Below, piece by piece: positions 19,816-26,715 of a stretch of DNA of 43,075 nucleotides; the first letter of the stretch is position 1; each line of letters opens with the position of its first letter. The notes under the pieces were generated by a model that did no database searches, was not told the origin of the DNA, and saw only the letters and a program-made list of their open reading frames with translations. The position numbers and the translations under genes are program-made. This DNA is from a virus (Duplodnaviria > Caudoviricetes): positions 1-43,075 of IMG/VR virus record IMGVR_UViG_3300037467_001389, one strand, 5' to 3'.

Positions 19816-20039
19816 CCGCGATGTTCTTCGTAGTGCGAACGGACTTGTCCGCAGAGAGCGGTTCTCAACGGTGTTTCGGCATGTTTGACGACGAGGCTGA
19901 TGCATCGGAATTCGCGCTCCGCATTGCAGGTCAAATGATCGGCGACATCGCGGTCGTGGGGCCTGCACCGGTTGCAGTCAATATCGTGAGGCAAGGCGGC
20001 TCGCAGCCTGTCATCGCCGTTCCGGTGGAGAATCCATAA
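19812..20039 (+). CDS. Small tail-tip-associated hypothetical protein
   Basis: ATGA-coupled to the J-like gene and TAATG-coupled to the fibre gene. Confidence 0.55.
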   Translation: MTAMFFVVRTDLSAESGSQRCFGMFDDEADASEFALRIAGQMIGDIAVVGPAPVAVNIVRQGGSQPVIAVPVENP

Positions 20040-21472
20040 TGGCTCAGAAACAACTTCCCTATACCGGCGGCGTCGCGACCATCGGGGTCGGCGGCACTGT
20101 AGTCACGGTCACCGGCGCGCTCGATGACACCAACTGCATCGAGGGCGATCATGTCCGCGACCCCGCGACCGGCTACGAAAGCCGCGTGCTGGAACGGCTG
20201 ACAGTACAGACCTTCCGCGTGCCGCCGTGGCGCGGCGCGGCGCTGGCCGGCGGGGCTTATGAGCTATATCCCGACTCCAACCTGCGCGGCGGTTATCAGG
20301 CGGCGGTGACGACGCAACTGCTGGCGCGGCTGTCGGCAAAGGGGCTGGTCTGGAATCTTCCGCCGGAGTTTGTGTCGCCAACGGCCGCGAAATGGGGTGC
20401 GGATGAAAACCAGCGTGTGTTCTCGGAGAGCCTGAGAACGTGGTGGGTCATGCAAGGTGGCGCGTGGGTTGTGACTGGATCACCCTATGGCATGATGGGA
20501 GCCAATGCGCTCTCCGAGATAGCCGGGCTCGGCTTGCAGGCAACCGCGCGTATTAATCTCGACATGGAGGCGTTCGGCCCGACTGGAAAAAGTCTCGCTG
20601 CGGGGACCGACCTCAATACCGTTGTACGAAACGGGATTTATGTCGGCACCGGACTTGTTAATGCGCCCGACGTTTATGGCAGTACGATTTTTGTACAGCA
20701 ACTGAGCGCTGATTACGTTCAACAGCGGATGTGTTCGCACGGCACAACGATGGTTTACGAACGATGGCGAATTAACGGTGTGTGGAACGCGTGGGTGCCG
20801 TCGCAAGGTGTCGTTCGTACTCAAAAATTCCTTGCATCTGGAACATATGTTCCAAACGCCTTCATGACATTTGCGATTGCCGAAGGTTGGGGCGGCGGTG
20901 GTGGCGGCGGCGGTGTCTACTCAAGCAGTGGTAACGGGCTGAGTGGTGGCGGCGGTGGCGGCGGCGAATATGCGCGCAGATTGTTCACTCGCGGGCAGAT
21001 AGGTTTGGGTGGCATTGCTGTAGCCATTGGCGCCGGCGGCGGTGGCGGGGCTAATGGCGGCGCGGGCGGGCAAACGCTCTTAACGGGTTTGTTGTCGGCA
21101 AATGGCGGTACTGGCGGCGGTTATAATTCCGGTGGTGTCTCTGGCGCGTATTACGGATACCCCGGCGTTGGTGGCAGTGGTGGCAGCGGTGATTTCGCAT
21201 TTTCGGGTGGCAATGGTAGTCAAGGTGAATTGTATGCTGCGACCGCTAATCTTATTGCGGTTCGTGGCGCGCCCGGCGGCACCGCCGCTTGCGGTGGCAG
21301 CGGCGGTCGAAGCGTATTTAGTGGTTACACGCCGGTTGCTGGCACAGATGGCCTTACGCCGGGCGGCGGCGGTAGCGGAGCGGCAGCGATGGCTTATCCA
21401 AGCACTGCACCGACTGCGGGTGGCAATGGCGCTCCGGGAATGTTGGTCATCACCGAATTTTGCAGCAGATGA
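20039..21472 (+). CDS. Tail fibre/adhesin with knob-like domain and Gly-rich C-terminal domain
   Basis: TDLNTVVRNGIY..NAP..W..W knob-like motif; GGGGGGG repeats ending G..GAPGMLVITEF. Confidence 0.8.
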   Translation: MAQKQLPYTGGVATIGVGGTVVTVTGALDDTNCIEGDHVRDPATGYESRVLERLTVQTFRVPPWRGAALAGGAYELYPDSNLRGGYQAAVTTQLLARLSAKGLVWNLPPEFVSPTAAKWGADENQRVFSESLRTWWVMQGGAWVVTGSPYGMMGANALSEIAGLGLQATARINLDMEAFGPTGKSLAAGTDLNTVVRNGIYVGTGLVNAPDVYGSTIFVQQLSADYVQQRMCSHGTTMVYERWRINGVWNAWVPSQGVVRTQKFLASGTYVPNAFMTFAIAEGWGGGGGGGGVYSSSGNGLSGGGGGGGEYARRLFTRGQIGLGGIAVAIGAGGGGGANGGAGGQTLLTGLLSANGGTGGGYNSGGVSGAYYGYPGVGGSGGSGDFAFSGGNGSQGELYAATANLIAVRGAPGGTAACGGSGGRSVFSGYTPVAGTDGLTPGGGGSGAAAMAYPSTAPTAGGNGAPGMLVITEFCSR

Positions 21473-21481
21473 GGCCACGCC

Positions 21482-21967
21482 ATGAACACCTATGCAATCA
21501 TCGAAACCGCAACGGGTACGATCCTCAACCGCATCCTACTCGATGACGCGAGCAACTGGACGCCGGAAGATGGTCATTCAGTCGTCAAGGAAGATGACGA
21601 GAGCTTTGCGATTGGCGGCAACTATTTGAATGGCATCTACACTGCGCCAGATCATCCCAACGCGCCTGAGGTCGACCTGCCGCCGTGCCCGTCATCGATC
21701 TCGGATCGTCAATTCTTTCAGCAGCTCGCAATCGCCGGCATTATCACCGAAGAACAGGCACTGGCGTCGAACGCGGCTGTTATTCCGCCTCCGCTGCTCG
21801 ACATCATCAACGGAATGCCAGCCGAGCAACAATTCGGTGCCAAGATGCTGGTGTCCGGTGCGACCGTGTTCGAACGTCATCATCCGATGACAGAGGCAAT
21901 CGGTGCAGCCTACGGTTGGACGGCCGCGCAGATCGACGGCTTCTTTCGGGCTGCGGCGCTGCTGTGA
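21482..21967 (+). CDS. Tail fibre-associated/assembly protein
   Basis: YAII...N.I N-terminus and ISDRQFFQQLA...FERHHP...IDGFFRAA C-terminal motif common after fibres. Confidence 0.7.
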   Translation: MNTYAIIETATGTILNRILLDDASNWTPEDGHSVVKEDDESFAIGGNYLNGIYTAPDHPNAPEVDLPPCPSSISDRQFFQQLAIAGIITEEQALASNAAVIPPPLLDIINGMPAEQQFGAKMLVSGATVFERHHPMTEAIGAAYGWTAAQIDGFFRAAALL

Positions 21968-22009
21968 TGACGCAGAGCAGAACGGGATCATACCTTGAAA
22001 AAGCCGGCG

Positions 22010-22414
22010 TCACTGTCTCGAAATTTCGGGCGGCAGGTCAGTATGAGCGTGGCCCAGTAATGATGATAGTGTTTCTTGAATACGTTCGGTCATGGTTGAG
22101 TTAAACCCGAACGTCATGGCCCCGCCGTTGCCAAGCCGAAACGTCAACGCGACGATATCTTGATCTGGTATCTTTGCGACTTCAAACCAGTCAGTCAGTG
22201 TGATTAGTCTGCCGCCCGATTGCATTTTGGGCCGTGCGAATGCCCCGAGCGCTCCCATGAAGCCATGGATAATGGCGTGTAGCGATTGTTCGTTCACTGC
22301 CAGCGCAATTTTCTGGCCGTCTGATGTTACCAATCCCACTAGTGCGTGCGAACCGTCGCTGCTCTTATCGAAACCTTCGACCGCCGCGATCTCTATTCCA
22401 GCGATTTCTGCCAT
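22010..22414 (-). CDS. Hypothetical protein with two beta-beta-beta-alpha repeats (antisense moron; alternative start 22510)
   Basis: GGGAGG SD before ATG 22414; 134 aa; in-frame upstream ATG at 22510 abuts the stop of the small peptide gene. Confidence 0.7.
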   Translation of the reverse strand: MAEIAGIEIAAVEGFDKSSDGSHALVGLVTSDGQKIALAVNEQSLHAIIHGFMGALGAFARPKMQSGGRLITLTDWFEVAKIPDQDIVALTFRLGNGGAMTFGFNSTMTERIQETLSSLLGHAHTDLPPEISRQ

Positions 22415-22510
22415 GAAGCCCTCCCAAGGTATTGGTTTGGTTGACCCAAACACGTACTGCCGATTCGAGGCGCAGATCGCCAGAAAGAAAATGATGCCAA
22501 TCATCCGCAT

Positions 22511-22606
22511 TTAGCGGTGGCGCAACCGATCGATGCCAGCGGATGCGACGATATAGACGCCTGCTACGCAGAGCAGTAGCTCGAACGCTTCAATCACTTT
22601 GAGCAC
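22511..22606 (-). CDS. 31-aa single-TM peptide MLKVIEAFELLLCVAGVYIVASAGIDRLRHR (candidate SOS-induced toxin)
   Basis: GTG start with GGAG 6 nt upstream, TAA at 22513-22511; hydrophobic core and basic tail; below the ORF-track size cutoff. Confidence 0.55.
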   Translation of the reverse strand: MLKVIEAFELLLCVAGVYIVASAGIDRLRHR

Positions 22607-22622
22607 TCCAAACTCCAAGATG

Positions 22623-22652
22623 ATGTTCGCGCCGCGTTCCCGGCAGAGTCAA
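22623..22652 (-). promoter_or_regulatory. Sigma70-type promoter overlapped by an alphaproteobacterial LexA box
   Basis: Minus strand TTGACT-N18-GAACAT; GAAC-GCGGCGC-GAAC (GTTC-N7-GTTC at 22625-22639). Confidence 0.65.
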
Positions 22653-22770
22653 TGCCGAAGGCTGCGGGAACCGCTGTCAACTAAGCGGTTGTAGCGCCGA
22701 CGACACAGCGGGCATCCGCCACCCCTCCGATCCAACCACCCAACACCTCCAATTCAGAGGACGAGAACCT

Positions 22771-23319
22771 ATGACTGACACCATTGGTGCCGGCGCGCTG
22801 CCGGCCGCGTACGCCTGGCTGCGCGACGAAACCGGGCCGCGGATGCTGCTCGAAGCGTTGAACTTGTTCGGCACGCTGGAAGCGCCAGGCGCGCGGGACA
22901 ATCCGACGATCATGGCCTGGGCGCGCGAGGTCGGCGTAGGCAAGACCTACAGCCACGATTCCGTTCCGTGGTGTGGGCTGTTCATGGCCGTCGTCGCCAA
23001 GCGCGCCGGCAAGCCGATCGCCGACAGTCCGCTGTGGGCGCTGTCGTGGGCGGATTTCGGCCGAGAGTCGCCGGCACCGATGCTCGGCGACGTCCTGACC
23101 TTTAAGCGCGACGGCGGCGGCCACGTCGCGCTCTACGTCGGCGAGGACGCCGGCGCGTATCACTGCCTCGGCGGCAACCAGTCCGACAAGGTTTGCATCA
23201 CCCGCATCGCACGGCCGCGGCTCTATCGCGCGCGTCGGCCGGCCTACAACGTGCAGCCTGAGAACGTCCGCCGGATCGTGCTGGCATCGACCGGCAAGCT
23301 ATCCACAAACGAGGCGTGA
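22771..23319 (+). CDS. Endolysin, TIGR02594/NlpC-P60-like
   Basis: G..E.PG..DNP.I..W, D.VPWCGLF (Cys), GGGHV (His), LGGNQSD motifs; first gene of the lysis cassette. Confidence 0.88.
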   Translation: MTDTIGAGALPAAYAWLRDETGPRMLLEALNLFGTLEAPGARDNPTIMAWAREVGVGKTYSHDSVPWCGLFMAVVAKRAGKPIADSPLWALSWADFGRESPAPMLGDVLTFKRDGGGHVALYVGEDAGAYHCLGGNQSDKVCITRIARPRLYRARRPAYNVQPENVRRIVLASTGKLSTNEA

Positions 23320-23320
23320 T

Positions 23321-23746
23321 ATGACCGAATATCGCACAACGTGGTGGGAATTCACCGGACGCCATTCGCCGGCAGATGCTCACGGCATCATGCGCTCGAT
23401 CTATCGGAGCCTCGATACTGGCGAAGAGACCGATAGCTTGCCGATCGGCGCGTTGTTGGTGGTTGACGGCGTGCCGAAAGGACCGAACGGCCTGTCGATA
23501 GTTTGCATCGTCCCTTACGACCGGCCCGGCACTTCAAGCAAGACGACGTGGTGGTACATCGACAGCCGCGCGAACAACTGCACCATGCCAGACGACAAGG
23601 AGCATCGTTGTTGGGTGCGCCACGGCACGGTCGGCGAAGCCATCCATGTGGACAAGGCCGGTCATACTTGCGCGGCCGGTGCGGGATCGATTGCCGTTCC
23701 CGGATTCCATGGCTTTCTGCATCACGGCGTGCTGAGAGATTGCTGA
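23321..23746 (+). CDS. Cys/His-rich hypothetical protein in lysis cassette
   Basis: GAGG SD; C..HRCW..TC..GSI..FHGFLHHGVL..C pattern. Confidence 0.65.
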   Translation: MTEYRTTWWEFTGRHSPADAHGIMRSIYRSLDTGEETDSLPIGALLVVDGVPKGPNGLSIVCIVPYDRPGTSSKTTWWYIDSRANNCTMPDDKEHRCWVRHGTVGEAIHVDKAGHTCAAGAGSIAVPGFHGFLHHGVLRDC

Positions 23747-23747
23747 C

Positions 23748-24017
23748 ATGCAGAAGCCGTCTTGGCGCATCCGCCGGCGCATCATTTTCGCGACGCTGTT
23801 CTTTTGCGCTGGCGAGATCATCTATCTCACGGCGTGGGGCAAGGACACCGGTCTTTCGTCGACGCTCGCCAATGGTGCCTGGATTCTCGCCGGTTCCGTC
23901 ATCGGCGCCTACGTCTTCGGCGCCGTGTGGGACGATGGCAATGTCTTGTCGGCGATGAGCCGCGGCGGCCGTCGTCGCGAGCGCGAAGACGAGCTCGCGC
24001 CGAACAGCGAGGAATAG
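23748..24017 (+). CDS. Holin (2 TM)
   Basis: Basic N-terminus, two hydrophobic helices, AYVFGA.WDD motif, charged C-terminus. Confidence 0.7.
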   Translation: MQKPSWRIRRRIIFATLFFCAGEIIYLTAWGKDTGLSSTLANGAWILAGSVIGAYVFGAVWDDGNVLSAMSRGGRRREREDELAPNSEE

Positions 24018-24019
24018 CA

Positions 24020-24454
24020 ATGACAGCGACGTTCTGGTGGCTCGTGACGAGCGAGGTGATGCAGGCTGCCGCTGCGGTGCTGGCGCTGGCTGCGCTGGTG
24101 GTCGCGGTCGTCGGGCGCTGGGTGCCGGGCATCAAGGCGTATGCCGGTGCTGCGCGCGTCGTCTCCTACATCGCGGTGTTGGTGCTCGGCCTCGGCATCG
24201 GTTTCCGATCGGCCGACGAGTCGGCCGCGCTGCGGCAAACGCAGACTGATCTTGCCTTCACTCGGCTGCAGCTCGAGACGCAGCGACAAATGGCCGACGT
24301 GGCCGCAAAACTCCGGGCCGCCGCCCAGGCTGATGCCGACGCGGCCAACGACAAGGTGAAAGACTATGAGATCTGGCTGGAAGGTAAGCCTGCAGACGGC
24401 GGCTGCGCTCACGATGCTGACGATGTGCGCCGGCTGCGCGACATTGCCGAATAG
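24020..24454 (+). CDS. Rz: Inner-membrane spanin (Rz-like)
   Basis: N-terminal TM helices, Ala-rich coiled coil, C-terminal Cys and D..RL; overlapped by a lipoprotein ORF. Confidence 0.75.
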   Translation: MTATFWWLVTSEVMQAAAAVLALAALVVAVVGRWVPGIKAYAGAARVVSYIAVLVLGLGIGFRSADESAALRQTQTDLAFTRLQLETQRQMADVAAKLRAAAQADADAANDKVKDYEIWLEGKPADGGCAHDADDVRRLRDIAE

Positions 24455-24659
24455 CTCATCGGCTCCGCGCGTGCAGATCCCGCGCGACTGCGAGGATCTG
24501 GCGCAGGAGGTGCCTTATCCGCCGATCTATCTGAAGCAGTCGGCCAAGGCTTCCGAAGCGCGCCATCGTGCCGCGCTGAAGCAGGCAAACGGCAACCTGC
24601 GCGCGACGCGGCAGTGTCAGGAACAGCAGCGACAGCGCTTCGCTGGGGAGGGTGGCTAA
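24366..24659 (+). CDS. Rz1: Outer-membrane spanin lipoprotein (Rz1-like)
   Basis: Signal peptide ending in lipobox CAGC, Pro-rich linker; overlaps the 3' end of Rz in another frame. Confidence 0.75.
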   Translation: MRSGWKVSLQTAAALTMLTMCAGCATLPNSSSAPRVQIPRDCEDLAQEVPYPPIYLKQSAKASEARHRAALKQANGNLRATRQCQEQQRQRFAGEGG

Positions 24660-24660
24660 G

Positions 24661-24954
24661 GTGCAAGACGGCGACGTAAGACTGATCGTCAGCGAAGTTC
24701 TGGCCGAACAAAAGCGTCTCCACAATGATCAGGTCGACGAGGTTGTCCTTCGTACCATCGCCACCATCCTGACGTCGTTCGGCATTGAGGAGGAGGACCG
24801 CGTCGAGCTTCGCGCGGACTTCATTCATCTCCGCAAGTGGCGAAAGTCAGTCGAGCAGGCGCAAAGCATCACGTTCAAGGTCGCCATCACCGCCATTATT
24901 AGCGGTTTCCTTGGGGCCTGCTGGCTCGGCTTTAAGGCTCTGATCGGCCGCTAA
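24661..24954 (+). CDS. Membrane-anchored hypothetical protein (alternative GTG 24652)
   Basis: GGAGG SD; DF.HLRKWRKS motif followed by one C-terminal TM helix. Confidence 0.65.
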   Translation: MQDGDVRLIVSEVLAEQKRLHNDQVDEVVLRTIATILTSFGIEEEDRVELRADFIHLRKWRKSVEQAQSITFKVAITAIISGFLGACWLGFKALIGR

Positions 24955-24977
24955 CCCACCAACATTTAAGAGGACTT

Positions 24978-25352
24978 ATGATCCGCACCGCGTTGCTCGC
25001 GGCGTGCTTTTGCGCGCTCGCGACCCTGTCTCATGCCGAGGTGATCGGCGCCCGGCCGGCAGGATGCCCGCATCGCTTCTGCGGCTGCGCTCTGTCGCTT
25101 AAATTCTTCGGGCGGATCATTCCGCGCTTCAACCTCGCGGCCCATTGGCTGACGCTCCCACGGGCGCTGCCGGCGTCCGGAATGGTCGCCGCGCGGCGAG
25201 GGCATGTGTTCATGCTCGAGCGGGACGTCGGCGGCCGAAAGTGGTTGGTGTGGGATCCAAACAGCGGCGGCGGCAAGATCCGGCGCCATGTGCGCTCGAT
25301 CGCTGGTTTCACCATCGTGGATCCGCGTGCGTCGCGCCTGGCGCTGCAATGA
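24978..25352 (+). CDS. Secreted CHAP/NlpC-like cysteine hydrolase
   Basis: GAGGA SD; signal peptide ending SHA; FCGC, GHV and DPNSG papain-fold-like motifs. Confidence 0.65.
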   Translation: MIRTALLAACFCALATLSHAEVIGARPAGCPHRFCGCALSLKFFGRIIPRFNLAAHWLTLPRALPASGMVAARRGHVFMLERDVGGRKWLVWDPNSGGGKIRRHVRSIAGFTIVDPRASRLALQ

Positions 25353-25522
25353 TGCCGGCCTATGCCGTCCTGATTCTGCTGGCATTCATCTTCGGGCCGC
25401 TGGTGTGCGCGCAGCTCGGCGACTGGTTGTTCGGGAATCCACTGGCGGGCGGGCTGATCCTGTTGGCTGCGATCGTGTTGGCGATGGTGGTCGGCGGCTG
25501 GCGCGAACTCACCGGGCGTTGA
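25349..25522 (+). CDS. Small 2-TM membrane protein
   Basis: ATGA-coupled to the previous gene; 57 aa with two hydrophobic helices. Confidence 0.55.
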   Translation: MMPAYAVLILLAFIFGPLVCAQLGDWLFGNPLAGGLILLAAIVLAMVVGGWRELTGR

Positions 25523-25808
25523 CTCCCATCGGCACAGCCGGCCAATCCGGTCTTGTATCGACATACCCGACCGCGCCGCATTCGGTGCAGCGCAGGTGAG
25601 CGCTGATGTCGTACCAGGACCAGTCCGGCAGGTCGGCAATCTTGAGTTTCGCGTGATGGCTGCACTTTAGACCGGGGCCGCCGAGGCAGTAGACCAGAAT
25701 CGTCTTCACCTTGCCGCGCCGGTCAGGCTTGCCCGGCCAGTATTCAAGATAGCTTGCGGGCTTCTTTCGCCACGGCTTTTTCTGGTGCAGGCGCATCGTC
25801 CGGTCCAT
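25509..25808 (-). CDS. Zn-binding hypothetical protein
   Basis: C...C.H and LRCTECG...D.RPDW motifs, a pattern I recall from rhizobial small proteins. Confidence 0.65.
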   Translation of the reverse strand: MDRTMRLHQKKPWRKKPASYLEYWPGKPDRRGKVKTILVYCLGGPGLKCSHHAKLKIADLPDWSWYDISAHLRCTECGAVGYVDTRPDWPAVPMGVNAR

Positions 25809-25935
25809 CGTGCAGGTGGTCCACGGCCTGCCCTAAATCCCTCATGTCGAAGATTTTGCCACAGCCCGGACAGCGCATGAAGTGGTCCAATTCGGACTGC
25901 GGTGTCCAGCCTGACGGCTTGCCCCTGGCGGTCAT
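25744..25935 (-). CDS. Small Zn-finger hypothetical protein
   Basis: HFMRCPGCG..FDMRDL....H motif; ATGA-coupled to the upstream gene. Confidence 0.65.
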   Translation of the reverse strand: MTARGKPSGWTPQSELDHFMRCPGCGKIFDMRDLGQAVDHLHDGPDDAPAPEKAVAKEARKLS

Positions 25936-26237
25936 CGGTCCCTCGCCAGCTTGCGGCGTCGGCTGAACTTCATCTCCGGGCCGACCGTCTTGCCGGGTCC
26001 GTACTTCGGTTCTGCGTGCCGATACAGCGCCTGCATGGTCGCGATCCGCGCGAAGTCCAGCCATGGCCCGCCATGATCGGCTGCATTCAGCAGCGTCTCG
26101 GCTACGGTGTGCCACGCATCCTCATTGCGCTCGGATTCGGGGAGGCTGAGAACATGAGCGCGAACGTCGTGGAGCGATTTCAACACGCCGCCTTCCGGCA
26201 GCGGAACCGGCTCCTTGAGGACCGTTGACCACGACAT
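25932..26237 (-). CDS. Hypothetical protein (rhizobial W...P..LP.G..L.L family)
   Basis: GGAG SD; ends RRKLARDR. Confidence 0.7.
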   Translation of the reverse strand: MSWSTVLKEPVPLPEGGVLKSLHDVRAHVLSLPESERNEDAWHTVAETLLNAADHGGPWLDFARIATMQALYRHAEPKYGPGKTVGPEMKFSRRRKLARDR

Positions 26238-26365
26238 ACGCAAACTCCACGCAACACTTACAGGCGGATTCAAGCGCGAGGGTGGGCCTTGGTTCCGACC
26301 GGCCTATCCCTTGACCCATGATCTGCAGCGCATCGCTCTGCGATCCCTAACCGATGCAGGTCGCG

Positions 26366-26640
26366 CTCCCGAAGTTTCTACCGAAGCAGCGCTGGCGCGC
26401 GTCATAAACGATTACAGGGACGCGTCTTTTTCTGCGGTGAGTGGAAGTTTTCTACTCCGCGGGTTGCAGGTTCGAATCCTGCTGGGATCGCCATCGTCTT
26501 TCGCTGAAAAGGCCCGATTTTAGGACGCTTCTTTGCTTCTGCGGTTGCGCGACGATGCGGCGACCGGGCGAACAGAACCGGATCAATCTTGCCAAAACGG
26601 GCGGTTTCGGGACTGAAAGTCCCGAAGAATCTCCCGAAGT
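26366..26640. repeat. Integrase arm-type sites flanking attP
   Basis: CTCCCGAAGT 26366, CTACCGAAGC 26378, inverted copy 26605-26613, GTCCCGAAGA 26619, CTCCCGAAGT 26631; 12-bp spacing within each pair. Confidence 0.7.
26449..26493 (+). mobile_element. attP core: 3' half of tRNA-Arg(TCT)
   Basis: TT-TCT-AC anticodon loop, T-arm GCAGG-TTCGAAT-CCTGC, acceptor strand TGGGATC-G-CCA; no 5' half upstream; next to the integrase 3' end. Confidence 0.85.
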
Positions 26641-26715
26641 AGAACGTTGCAGAAACGCCATCAGCCCGCGTGTGGCGGGCGATGTTCCAAGGTTGTGCTG
26701 GCTGCAAATGGGCGG

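Noticed and set aside
20890-21430. GGC/GGT runs as a contingency repeat
   Set aside because: Mixed synonymous codons encoding an ordinary Gly-rich fibre domain, unlike the uniform array at 28.7 kb.
59-21967. Gene transfer agent cluster
   Set aside because: Integrase, attP, repressor switch, replication genes and HNH/cos indicate a true temperate phage.
19000-22000. Diversity-generating retroelement or invertible fibre cassette
   Set aside because: No reverse transcriptase or invertase, and I saw no duplicated TR/VR segment or inverted crossover sites.
22669-22690. Perfect TTGACA on the minus strand inside an inverted repeat
   Set aside because: No credible -10 at 16-18 nt; the downstream TTGACT promoter with the LexA box fits better.
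26410-26493. Intact tRNA gene
   Set aside because: Only the anticodon loop to CCA is present; no matching 5' acceptor strand or D-arm, so it is an att core.
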